From contig CAWDTC010000060.1 in the NCBI GenBank assembly GCA_963805045.1, forward strand, positions 28,033 to 92,032: a stretch of 64,000 nt of DNA, in the 5' to 3' direction. Shown here in pieces: positions 30,658 to 40,574 of this stretch. Origin of the DNA: Candidatus Aminicenantes bacterium. GTDB lineage: Bacteria; Acidobacteriota; Aminicenantia; Aminicenantales; Saccharicenantaceae. Position 1 is the first letter of the stretch. Every line of letters starts with the position of its first letter. Below the pieces are notes generated by a model that did not search any database, was not told the DNA's origin, and worked only from the letters and a program-made list of their open reading frames with translations. The translations under genes were made by a program, and so were the position numbers.

Positions 30658-32070
30658 CGCCGACCGGGAGGAGCCGGGCGACGAGGCGGCCGAGCCCGAC
30701 TTCGTCCGAGACGCGGACGACCTCGTCGACGTCCTTGTAGGCGGCCGAGGCCTCCTCGGCGACGCCCTTCCAGCTCGTCGACTTGAGCTCGATGCCGCGG
30801 CTGGCCAGGTCGTCGCGGATCTGCTCGCCGCGGAAGCGCCGCAGGGCCTCGTGGCGGGACATGACCCGGCCCGCGCCGTGGGCCGTCGAGCCGAAGCTCA
30901 GGCCCTCGGCCTCGGCCGTCCCGACCAGGAGATAGGACGCCGTGCCCATGCTCCCGGGGATGATGACGGGCTGGCCCGCGGCCCGGTAGGCCTCGGGGAT
31001 CTCGGGCCGGCCCGGGCCGAAGCTCCGCGTCGCGCCCTTGCGGTGGACGCAGAGCGGCCGCGTCCGGCCGCCCTCGGCGTGGCTCTCGACCTTGGCCACG
31101 TTGTGGCAGACGTCGTAGACCTGGCGCATCCCCTCCGCCCTGCCGAGGACCCTGGCGAAGACCTCCCGGACCCAGTGGGCGATCATCTGCCGGTTGGCGA
31201 AGGCGTAGTTCACGGCCGCCGCACATGGCCCGGTAATAGCGCTGCCCGAGCTCCGAGCGGAAGGGGGCGTTGACGAGCTCGCGGTCCGGCAGCCCCTCGG
31301 TCCCGAAGGCGTTCTCCATGAGCTCGATGTAGTCCGTCGCCACCTGGTGGCCGAGGCCGCGGCTGCCGCAGTGGATCATGACCAGGACCTGGCCCTCGGC
31401 CCGTCGAGCCCGAACGCCGCGGCCGCGTCCTTGTCGAAGATCCGCTCGACCTTCTGGATCTCGAGAAAGTGGTTGCCCGCGCCGAGCGTGCCGAGCTGCG
31501 GGATGCCGCGCTCCATGGCCCGGTCGGAAACGGCGGCCGGGTCGGCCTCCTTCATCCGGCCGCGCTCCTCGGTGCGCTCGAGGTCGTCCGCCGTGCCGTA
31601 GCCGTTCTCGACGGCCCACTCGGCCCCTTGGCCAGGATCTCCTTGAGGACGCCGCGGCTGAGCCTGGTGACGCCGCCCTTCCCCACCCCGGCCGGGACCT
31701 CCTTGAAGATCTCGGCCAGGAGCTCCTTCCGCCGGGCCGTGACGTCGGCTTCGCGCGAAGTCCGTGCGCAGGAGCCGGACGCCGCAGTTGATGTCGTAGC
31801 CGACGCCGCCGGGCGAGATGATGCCCTCGTCGAGATCGAAGGCGGCGACGCCGCCGATCGGGAAACCGTAGCCCTGGTGGGCGTCGGGCATGACGTAGGA
31901 CATGCGCTGGATGCCCGGCAGGCAGGCCACGTTCCGGGCCTGGGCGAGGGTCAGGTCGCGCCGGACGTCGGCCAGCAGGCGCTCGCGAGGCGTAGATCGA
32001 GGGCCGGGACGCTCATCTCCCCCTGCTTCGGGATCTCCCAGATGTTGTCGCCGACCTTCCGGAGGTCCAT
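30644..32070 (-). CDS. rtcB: RNA ligase RtcB (archaeal/eukaryote-like type; apparent frameshifts)
   Basis: [61 protein letters not shown]. Confidence 0.95.
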
Positions 32071-32078
32071 GCCACGCC

Positions 32079-32506
32079 TCACATGTCGACGACGACCTGG
32101 AGGACGACGCCGCCGCCGTCGCTAGCTCGATCTTCATCTCGTTGTAGGTCACGGCCTTGACGTCGCCGTGGAGCTCGTACCGGTCGGAGAGGGTGTCGCC
32201 CCGGAAGTCGGCCTCGAGGGTCCAGCCTCCTTCCTCCTGCCGGATCCGGAGGCCGTACACGGCGGCCAGCAGGAACTTCTGCGTTTCGAAGAGGAAGACG
32301 ACCTCGCCGAGGAACTTGACCAGGAGCTGCTCGCGGTCCCGGCCCGCGACGCGGACGGGCTGGCGACGCCGCGGCTCGACCTTCTCCCAGTCCCACATGA
32401 GCGAGGCCGTGGCCAGGGCGGCGTTCCCGAAGGCCTCCTCGAGCGTCCGGCCGTAGGCCCGGAACTTGCCGTCGGCGGTGTGCGGGAGGATGCGGTAGCG
32501 TTCCAC
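32079..32506 (-). CDS. Archease (apparent frameshift near the 3' end)
   Basis: YRILPHTADGKFRAYG, VKAVTY, C-terminal VVVDM; directly upstream of rtcB. Confidence 0.9.
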
Positions 32507-32514
32507 GGCGCGCC

Positions 32515-33529
32515 TCAATCGAAGACGCCGGCGATGCGGCGGCCGCAGGAGGGGCAGGCGCCGCCCGGCGACGCGGTTCGCGGCGACGGAGAAGCCCCGC
32601 CGCCGGATGAGGACGGCGCCGCACTGCGGGCAGAGCGTGTCCTCCGACTCGCCCTCGACGTTCCCTATATAGATGTAGTGGAGGCCTTCGCTCTTCCCGG
32701 CCTCGAACGCCCGCCGCAGGGTCGCGACGGGCGTCGGCGGCGCGTCCGTGTACTCGAAGTCGGGATGGAAGCGGCTGATGTGCCAGGGGATGTCGGGGTC
32801 GACGCCGGCCAGGAAGCGGGCGATGCCGCGGAGCTCCTCGTCGCCGTCGTTCAGGCCGGGCACGACCAGGGTCGTGACCTCGACCCAGACGCCGAGCTCG
32901 CGCATCAGGCGGATCGTCTCGAGGACGGGCTCGAGCCGGGCCCCGCAGACCTTCTTGTAGGTCTCGTCCTTGAAGGCCTTGAGGTCGACGTTGGCCGCGT
33001 CGAGGTACGGCCGGATGGCGGTCAGGGCTTCGGCCGTCATGTAGCCGTTGGTGACGAAGTTGTTGGCCAGCCCGGCCTCCTTGGCCAGCCGGGCCGTATC
33101 GTAGGCGTACTCGAAGAAGATGGTCGGCTCGGTGTAGGTGTAGGAGATGCTCCGGCAGCCGTGGGCCCGGGCCTCCCGGACGACGTCCTCGGGCGGGAAC
33201 GGCTCGCCGCCGATCGCGCCGCCCTCCCGCCGCGGCGCCTGCGAGATCTGCCAGTTCTGGCAGAAGCCGCAGCGGAAATTGCAGCCCGGCGTCGCGATCG
33301 AGAGGGCCGTCGACCCGGGAAGGAAATGGTAGAGGGGCTTCTTTTCGATGGGGTCGACGTGGGCGGCGATGACCTCGCCGTAGACGAGGGTCTCGAGGCG
33401 GCCGTCCCGGTTCCTCCGCACGCCGCACATCCCCGTCTTCGACGGGGCGATGAGGCAGCGGTGGGCGCAGAGGGCGCAGGCGACCTTGCCGTCCTCGGCG
33501 GGGCTCCAGAGCATCGCTTCCTTGATCAT
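32515..33529 (-). CDS. amrS: AmmeMemoRadiSam system radical SAM enzyme
   Basis: CALCAHRC..CGVR, DPIEKKPLYHF, GCNFRCGFCQNWQISQ, YTYTEP, TNGY, RFHP, YIGNV. Confidence 0.9.
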
Positions 33530-34187
33530 GCCTTCCTGAGCTCCGGGAAGAACTTGGCCGCCGACGGGCACAGCCGCCGCAGGAAACACTCCGGGCAGCG
33601 CGGCTTGCGGGCCTGGCAGACGGCCCGGCCGTGGTCGACGAGCAGGTAGTTGAAATCGAGCCAGTCCTTCTTCGGGACGATGGCGCAGGAGGTCGCGCTC
33701 GATCTTGTCCGGGTCGTTCTCGCGGCTCAGCCCGAGCCGCTGGGACAGCCGGCGGGCGTGCGTGTCGACGGCGATGCCCTCGGCCTTGCCGTAGCCCGCG
33801 GAGAGGACGATGTTGGCCGTCTTGCGGGCGACGCCCGGCAGGGTCACGAGCTCCTCCATCGTGTCCGGCACGACGCCGCCGTAGTCCTCGACGATCCTCT
33901 GCGAGGCGCCGATGATGGCCTTGGCCTTGTTCCGGAAGAAGCCGGTCGGCCGGATCATCGCCTCGAGCTCGGCCCGGTCGGCCCGGGCGAAGTCGGCCGG
34001 CGCCGGGATACTTCCGGAAGAGGGCCGGCGTGACCTTGTTGACCCGCTCGTCCGTGCACTGGGCGGCCAGGATGGTCGCGACGAGGATGCCGAACGGGTC
34101 GCGGAAGTCGAGGGCCGTCCGGCTCGCGGGATAGTGCCTGCGCAGGAGCCGGATGATCTCGCGGACGCGACGGGCGTTGTCGTCCAT
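33526..34187 (-). CDS. nth: Endonuclease III (apparent frameshifts)
   Basis: LAAQCTDERVN, LPGVARKTAN, AVDTH, C-terminal Fe-S Cys motif. Confidence 0.93.
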
Positions 34188-34205
34188 GGGCCTGGCCTCC
34201 CTCCC

Positions 34206-35324
34206 CTAGACACCGAGGTCGGAGCGGAGCTGGAGGACCTTGAGGACGTCGGTCCGGCAGATGATCCCGACGACCCTTTCCCCCTCCATGACCGGGACCT
34301 GGTTGACATCGCGCGTCGCGAGGCTGGCCAGGATCGCGTTGCCGTCGGCGTCGAGCGCGACGGACTGGAGCCGGTCCTTGGGCGTCATGATCTGCGACAC
34401 GGGCGAGTTCGCCCATTCCTCCCGCGGCAGGGCCTTGACGTCGTCGAGGCAGACGATCCCCTTGAGGTCCCCGCCCACGGTGACCAGGAAGACGTGCTCC
34501 TTTTTCTTCAGGATGTAGTCGTCGACGAGGGACTGGACGGGCAGCCCGGCGGGCACGGTCTCGAACTCGGTGGTCATGAGGTCCCGGGCCTTCAGGCCCG
34601 CCAGGGCCGACTTGATCATGACCTGGGCGTAGCCCTGGCGGGAGGCGTTGTGCAGGAACCAGCCGATGAGGACCCACCACAGTCCGCCGAAGTCGCCCTC
34701 GGAGGATGACGAAGACGCCGCGGAAGATCATCAGGAAGGCGATGCCGTCGCCGACGAGCGAGGCGAGCCGGGTCGCCTTCTTGAGGTCCCCGTGATCTTC
34801 CAGACGATGGACCGGAAGACCCGGCCGCCGTCCATGGGGAAGCCGGGCAGGAGGTTGAAGGCGCCCAGGACGAGGTTCGTGCTAGAAGAGGAAGAAGGCG
34901 GCGGACCCGACCGGCTCGCTGACGGGCGCGAGCGAGGGCCGAGACGAGGAAGAAGACCGCGGCCAGGACGAAGCTCGAGAGCGGCCCGACGACGGCCATG
35001 CCGAACTCCTTGAGCGGTTCGTCGGGCTCCTCCTTGATCTGGGCGACGCCGCCGAGGATGAAGAGGGTGATGCTCGAGACCTCCTCGCCCTGCTTCTTGG
35101 CCACGAAGGAGTGGGCCAGCTCGTGGGCCAGGACGGAGCCGAAGAAAAAGAGGCTCGTCAGGAGGCCCATGCCCCAGTCGAGGGCCCGGGGCCAATCGGC
35201 ATGGGCCTTCGGGAAATAGATCCCGCGCGAGATACCAGCTGAAGAGGACGAAGATGAGGAGCCAGCTCGAGTCGATGCGGATGTCGATGCCGAAAATGCG
35301 GCCGATGCGCCAGGCGTTCTTCAC
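34206..35324 (-). CDS. M50 site-2 protease with CBS domains (apparent frameshifts)
   Basis: [21 protein letters not shown]-terminal CBS pair. Confidence 0.88.
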
Positions 35325-35378
35325 GCCGCCTCCTTTCCCGTTCCGCCGGCGCCGCGGCCGGCCGGGCGGACGGCGGGC

Positions 35379-35888
35379 TCAGGGCCCGACGTGGAAGAGG
35401 TCCTGCCCGATGTGGAAATCCTCGACGTTGTAGTAGTCGGGGAACTTCTCGAGAAGGTCGATCTCGGACTTGAGCATGGCCTGGTGGCTCCGCTCGACGC
35501 GGCCGAGATAGGCCAGGATCTTGCGGCTGGCCTCGTCCTCGGCCCGCTCCCCGGTCTCCATGTAGAAGCGCTCGGCCGCCACCTCGGCCGCCAGGGCCGC
35601 CTGGAACAGGGCGAGGACGGGCGGGTCGGCGCCGAGCGAGGCGGCGATCGGCGGCATGAGCGCCCCGGCCGGCGCCTCGAGGGGCCGGCCCGGGTAGCGG
35701 TCGGCGGCGACGTGCTCGAGGATCCGCCGGTGGTGTTCCTCCTCGAGGGCCAGGAACTTGAGCTTCTGGACGAGGAGGACGTTCTTGACCTTCTCCTGGA
35801 GCCGCGTGTAGAACGCGGCCGCGTCGACCTCGGACCGGAGGGCGACGGCGAGGACCTGCCAGGGCTTGAGCGTGGGGTCGATGGACAT
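35379..35888 (-). CDS. Ferritin/rubrerythrin-like diiron protein
   Basis: E..FY, EEEHH, E..FY, ERSH repeated four-helix pattern. Confidence 0.8.
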   Translation of the reverse strand: MSIDPTLKPWQVLAVALRSEVDAAAFYTRLQEKVKNVLLVQKLKFLALEEEHHRRILEHVAADRYPGRPLEAPAGALMPPIAASLGADPPVLALFQAALAAEVAAERFYMETGERAEDEASRKILAYLGRVERSHQAMLKSEIDLLEKFPDYYNVEDFHIGQDLFHVGP

Positions 35889-35903
35889 CGCGGCCTCCCT
35901 TCC

Positions 35904-36410
35904 TTAAAAGGTGACGAACTTCGACTTCGGCGCGCCGCAGACCGGGCAGAAGTCCGGGGCCTCGCCCTCCATGGTGAAGCCGCACATCGAGCAGACGTGG
36001 ACCGGCGTCGCGGCGGCGTCCCGGCCGGACGCGACGGCCTTCTGGGCGGCCTGGTAGAGGCCGAGGTGGACCTTTTCGGCCTCCATGGCCGCGTTGAGGG
36101 ACGTCTCGGCCGTCTTCTCCCCCTGGGCCCGGGCCACGTTGAGGTAGGCCGGATACATCTCCTCGACCTCGAAACCCTCTCCGCCCGCGGCGGCGGCGAG
36201 GTTGTCCTTGGTCGGGCCGACCCCGCCGAGCGTCTTGAGATGGTTCGTGGCGTGGACCTGTTCCGAGAACGAGGCGGCCTTGAAGAGGCGGGCCGCGTTC
36301 GGCAGTTTCTCGGCCGCGGCCTTCTCGGAGAAAGCCAGGTATTTGATATGGGCCTGGCTCTCGCCGGCGAGGGCGTCCTTGACGTTCGCTTCGGTCATCT
36401 TCTTCATCAT
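35904..36410 (-). CDS. rbr: Rubrerythrin
   Basis: AGESQA, EQVH, EVEEMYP, EKVH, CSMCG..CPVCG. Confidence 0.92.
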   Translation of the reverse strand: MMKKMTEANVKDALAGESQAHIKYLAFSEKAAAEKLPNAARLFKAASFSEQVHATNHLKTLGGVGPTKDNLAAAAGGEGFEVEEMYPAYLNVARAQGEKTAETSLNAAMEAEKVHLGLYQAAQKAVASGRDAAATPVHVCSMCGFTMEGEAPDFCPVCGAPKSKFVTF

Positions 36411-36447
36411 CTTCCTCCTTCGTGGGGATGGCGATTCGCGATCGGGT

Positions 36448-37357
36448 TCACGCGATCCTGAGCATGGCCTCGATGGCCCCCCGGGCGCGGTCGGCCGACG
36501 TCCGGCGGCACCGTCACGGGAGGCACCTTCCCCTCGAGCGCGGCCAGGACCTTCTCGAGGGTCGTCATCTTCATGTTGACGCAGAGGGCCGAATCGCGGG
36601 CCGGATGGAAGCGGACGGCCGGGTTCTCTTTCGTCAGCCTGTGGATGATGCCCTTTTCCGTGCCGACGACGACGTCCCGGGCCGACGTCGTGCGCGCCTC
36701 GGCCGCCATCTTCCCCGTCGACAGGACCCGGTCGGCGAGGTCGATGACGTCGAGCGGGCACTCCGGGTGGACCCAGACTTCGGCCCCGGGATGGGCGGCG
36801 CGGGCGGCCCGGATGTCCTCGGGCCGGAACTTGTGGTGGACATAGCAATAGCCGTCCCAGGCGACGATGCGCCGGCCGGTCTCGCGGGCGACGTAGGCGG
36901 CCAGGTTCTTGTCGGGCACGAACAGGACCTCCTCCTCGGCGAGCGAGTTGACCACGGCCACGGCGTTCGACGAGGTGCAGCAGATGTCGCTCTCGGCCTT
37001 GACCTCGGCGCTCGTGTTGACATAGCAGACGACCTTGCGGCCGGGATATTTCTCCTTCCACATCCGGAGCTCCCGGCCGCTGATCATGTCGGCCATGGGG
37101 CAGCCGGCGGCGGGCTCGGGCAGGAGGACCGTCTTCGCCGGCGCCAGGACGGCCGCCGTCTCGGCCATGAAGCGGACGCCGCAGAAGACGACGACCTCGG
37201 CTTCGAGCGAGGCGGCCTTGCGGCTGAGCTCCAGGGAGTCGCCGGTGAAGTCCGCCGCGTCCTGGACCTCGGGGAGCTGGTAGTTGTGGGCCAGGATGAC
37301 GGCCTTGCGCCGGCGCCTCAGCTCGTCGACCCGCTTCCGGACCCCCTCCTGGCTCAT
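36448..37357 (-). CDS. nadA: Quinolinate synthase (apparent frameshift near the 3' end)
   Basis: LAHNYQ, GDSLELS, GCPMAD, YVN, CTSSNA, HPEC, CVNMK. Confidence 0.95.
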
Positions 37358-37370
37358 CCCCTCTCCCTCC

Positions 37371-37604
37371 TCAATCCCCGACCTTGCGGATGTAGACCCG
37401 CACGACCTCGCCGTCCCCTTCGGCCCCCAGGAACTCGTGGCCCTTGGTCCGGCACCAGGCCGGCATGTCCTGGCGGATCCCCTCGTCCGTGGCCACGACC
37501 TCGAGGACCTCTCCGGCCTTCATAGTCTTGAGCTTCTTGGCCGTCTGGACGATGGGCATGGGACAGGCCAGGCCGTAGCAGTCGAGAGTGGCGTCGGCCT
37601 TCAT
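37371..37604 (-). CDS. TusA/SirA-family sulfur carrier
   Basis: LDCYGLACPMP..LEVVATD..DMPAWC. Confidence 0.9.
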   Translation of the reverse strand: MKADATLDCYGLACPMPIVQTAKKLKTMKAGEVLEVVATDEGIRQDMPAWCRTKGHEFLGAEGDGEVVRVYIRKVGD

Positions 37605-37632
37605 CCGCCCTCCCCGTCCCCGGCGCGGCCGC

Positions 37633-38212
37633 TCACTTCTTGAGGGGCGCGCCGCAGTGGATGCAGGCGTCCGCGCCCTTCTTGGTGATGCCGCCGCAGG
37701 ACGGGCACTCTTCGAGCTCGACCTGGCAGGCCCGGCAGTAGCGGCCTCTGCCTTCCTCGAGCGGCGCCCTCGCAATAGGGACAGGCGCAGCCCTCGTCGT
37801 GCTCGTGCGCGTCCGCCGCCGCGGCGGCGGCCTTGCCGCCGGCCTTCTGTCTCTCCCGGTAGTTCTCGATGGCCGCGTGGAGGGCGTCGGCGCCCAGGTT
37901 CGAGCAGTGGATCTTGTTCTTGGGCAGGCCGCCGAGCTCCTCGGCCACGAGCTTGTTCGTGATCTCCATGGCCTCGTCCAGGGTCTTGCCCATGGCCATC
38001 TCGCTGACCATGCTGGAGACGGCGATGGCCGCGCCGCAGCCGAAGGTCTGGAACTTGACGTCGGCCAGGCGGCCGTCCTTGACCTTGATGTAGAACGTCA
38101 TCATGTCGCCGCAGACGGGGTTGCCGACCTGGCCGACGCCGTCGGCGTCCGGGATGACGCCGACGTTGCGGGGGTTCTGGAAGTGGTCCATGACCTTGTC
38201 GCTGTAGATCAT
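37633..38212 (-). CDS. iscU: IscU/NifU-N Fe-S scaffold with C-terminal double zinc ribbon (apparent frameshift near 37765)
   Basis: DHFQNPRNVG, NPVCGD, FGCGAAIA, KIHCS; tail CACPYC..YCRAC..CPSC..CIHCG. Confidence 0.85.
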
Positions 38213-38213
38213 G

Positions 38214-39398
38214 TTAGCTTCTCTCCTTGAGGAACTGGGTGTAGAGGGGGGACATCTTCCGCAGCCGGTCGATGACGGGCGGGAAGACCTCGAGCAGGTA
38301 GTCGACGTCCTCGGCGCGACGTTGCCGTCGATGAGGCTGAAGACGAGCGAACCCTGGGCCAGGGCGTGGTCCAGGCCCATGGCCAGGAGGACGTGCGAGG
38401 CCTTGAGGGCCTTGGAGGTGCAGGCCGAGCCGCTCGAGACCGAGATCGCCCTGCATGTCGAGGAGCAGGAGCATGCCCTCCCCCTCGATGAACTCGACGC
38501 AGAAGCTGGCGTGGTGGGGCAGGCGCTCGGCCGGGTGCCCGGTCAGGACGACGTGCTCGACCCGGCGCGGCAGCTCGTCGATGAGCCGGTCGCGCAGGGG
38601 CCGCAGGCGCGCGCTCGCGCGCTCGCCATCTCCGCCGCGGCGATCGCCGCGGCCTTGCCCAGGCCGACGATGCCGGCCACGTTCTCGGTGCCGGCCCGCC
38701 GGCCGTTCTCCTGGATGCCGCCGTCGATGAGGGGCAGGATCCGCGTCCCCTGCTTGAGGAACAGGGCGGCCGAGCCCTTGGGCCCGTAGAACTGGTCGCC
38801 GGCCAGGCTCAGGGCGTCGACGCCCAGGGCCTTGACGTCGAGCGGGATGGAGCCGGCGGCGGCCACGGCGTCCGTGTGGAAGAGGACGTCCCGGGCGCGG
38901 CAGAGCCGGGCGATCTCGGCCACGGGCTGGAGTGTCCCGACCTCGCCGTTGGCCGTCATGACGGAGACGAGCACGGTGTCCTTCCGCAGGGCCTTCTCGA
39001 CCTCGGCCGGGTCGACGCGGCCCGTCCGGTCGACGGGGACCGTGGTCGAGGTGAAGCCCGAGCCGCTCCAGGCCCTTGACGGGGTTGAGGACCGACAGGT
39101 GCTCGACGGCCGAGACGACGATGTGCCGGCCCTTCGCCTGGTAGGCCTGGGCCAGGCCCTTGACGGCGAGGTTGTTGGCCTCGCTCCCGCTGGCCGTGAA
39201 ATAGACCTCCTCGCCGTCGGCGCCGATGAGGCCGGCCACCTCCTCCCGCGCCGCCTCGACGGCGGCCAGGGCCTTCTGGCCGGCGGAGTGGAGGCTCTGG
39301 GGATTGCCGTAGGCCTCCCCGAGGAACGGCAGCATGGCCTCCAGGGCCTCGGGATGGAGGGGCGTCGCCGCGATGTGGTCGAAGTACGCTTGCCTCAT
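38214..39398 (-). CDS. IscS/NifS-like cysteine desulfurase homolog with altered PLP site (apparent frameshifts)
   Basis: [42 protein letters not shown]. Confidence 0.88.
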   Translation of the reverse strand: MRQAYFDHIAATPLHPEALEAMLPFLGEAYGNPQSLHSAGQKALAAVEAAREEVAGLIGADGEEVYFTASGSEANNLAVKGLAQAYQAKGRHIVVSAVEHLSVLNPVKGLERLGLHLDHGPRRPDGPRRPGRGREGPAEGHRARLRHDGQRRGRDTPARGRDRPALPRPGRPLPHGRRGRRRLHPARRQGPGRRRPEPGRRPVLRAQGLGRPVPQAGDADPAPHRRRHPGERPAGRHRERGRHRRPGQGRGDRRGGDGERASARLRPLRDRLIDELPRRVEHVVLTGHPAERLPHHASFCVEFIEGEGMLLLLDMQGDLGLERLGLHLQGPQGLARPPGHGPGPRPGPGFARLQPHRRQRRAEDVDYLLEVFPPVIDRLRKMSPLYTQFLKERS

Positions 39399-39445
39399 GG
39401 TGAGCCTCCGAGCGGGCCGGCGCCGGCGGGACCGCCGGCCGCCGC

Positions 39446-39667
39446 TCAGACGGCCTCGACGCCCTTGACCTCGGGGACTTCCTTCCTGAGGATCCTCTCG
39501 ATCCCCATCTTGAGCGTCAACTGGGACATCGGGCAGCCGCCGCAGGCGCCCGTGAGCCGGACGCGGACGATGCCGTCCTCCCCGACCTCGACGAGCTCGA
39601 CGTCGCCGCCGTCGCCCTGCAGGGCGGGGCGGATCTTGGCCAATGCCTGTTCGACCTTCTCTTTCAT
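39446..39667 (-). CDS. NifU C-terminal (Nfu-type) Fe-S carrier
   Basis: [29 protein letters not shown]. Confidence 0.92.
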   Translation of the reverse strand: MKEKVEQALAKIRPALQGDGGDVELVEVGEDGIVRVRLTGACGGCPMSQLTLKMGIERILRKEVPEVKGVEAV

Positions 39668-39845
39668 GACGGACTCCTTGAGCGCCAGGCCCTATGATAA
39701 TCCCGGGCGCCGGGAGATGCCAGGCTTTTTCTCTCCCGTCCCCAGACATCTTACGCCGGGACCGGGTAAAATACAATATTCCTATAGTAATAGTAGAAAT
39801 TGGCCGGCCCGGGCCGGCCCGCCTCCCGGACGGACGGCGCGACGC

Positions 39846-40043
39846 CTATCTTTTCCGGGCGGCCTTCTTCGCGGCGGTCTTCGCCGCCGGCTTCTTCGCC
39901 GCGGCCTTCTTCATCGGCTTGTCGCAGCAGATGAAGACGTGCTCCTCGGCGCAGCCGCACGCTTCGTCGACGACGACGCGGTAGCCGCACACGCCGCACT
40001 CGTAGGCCTGGCCCTTCCCGACCTTGCCCTTCTTGCCGGCCAT
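39846..40043 (-). CDS. Small desulforedoxin-like Cys-rich protein with Lys/Ala-rich tail
   Basis: RBS GGAGG; YECGVCG..CGC..ICCDKPM then KKAAAKKPAAKTAAKKAARKR. Confidence 0.65.
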   Translation of the reverse strand: MAGKKGKVGKGQAYECGVCGYRVVVDEACGCAEEHVFICCDKPMKKAAAKKPAAKTAAKKAARKR

Positions 40044-40044
40044 G

Positions 40045-40530
40045 TCATCCCTCCTTCGGATTCCCGCCGCTCTTCCGGCCCCAGTCGAGCAGCCTCTGCT
40101 CGCCCTCGAGGGCCCGGATGCGCGTGACGTCCTGGCTGACTTCGAGACACCCCCGGTAGCGCCCCCCGGCGTCCCGGACGGCGAAGTAGCGGATGTGGAC
40201 GAAGCGGCCGCCGAGCTCGATCCAGAACTCCGCGGCGTCCTTCGCCCCGGACTTGAACGCCTGGAGGATCTTCACCACCGTCCCGACGCTCTTCGCCGGG
40301 TGGCAGTCCTGGACCTTGCGGCCGATGACGGCCGGGGTCCGCTTGAAGATCCGGCCCGGGGTTGCCGAGTAATACCGGACCGTGTCCTCGGCGTCGACGA
40401 ACGAAACGTCCACCGGGAGATGGGTCAGGACGAGGTTGACCAGCTCCGGCGTCAGCGCTCCCGTGTCGAGGCCGATGGCGCCCCCGCCGGGGGACGTCTT
40501 CCCAGATTCCTTGAGGCCCATTTTCTCCAC
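40045..40530 (-). CDS. Stand-alone PAS domain protein (DUF438/PAS_10-like)
   Basis: LPVDVSFVD..RIFKRTPAVIGRKVQDCHP..AEFWI..YRGCLEVSQD. Confidence 0.8.
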   Translation of the reverse strand: MEKMGLKESGKTSPGGGAIGLDTGALTPELVNLVLTHLPVDVSFVDAEDTVRYYSATPGRIFKRTPAVIGRKVQDCHPAKSVGTVVKILQAFKSGAKDAAEFWIELGGRFVHIRYFAVRDAGGRYRGCLEVSQDVTRIRALEGEQRLLDWGRKSGGNPKEG

Positions 40531-40574
40531 CTCCCTTGAACTATCTTAGCACATCGTCCAAGCCGGGCAGGACC

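Noticed and set aside
31376-34309. 977-aa ORF fusing Nth, AmrS, archease and RtcB
   Set aside because: Each gene has its own start and stop in neighbouring frames; the read-through follows from indels
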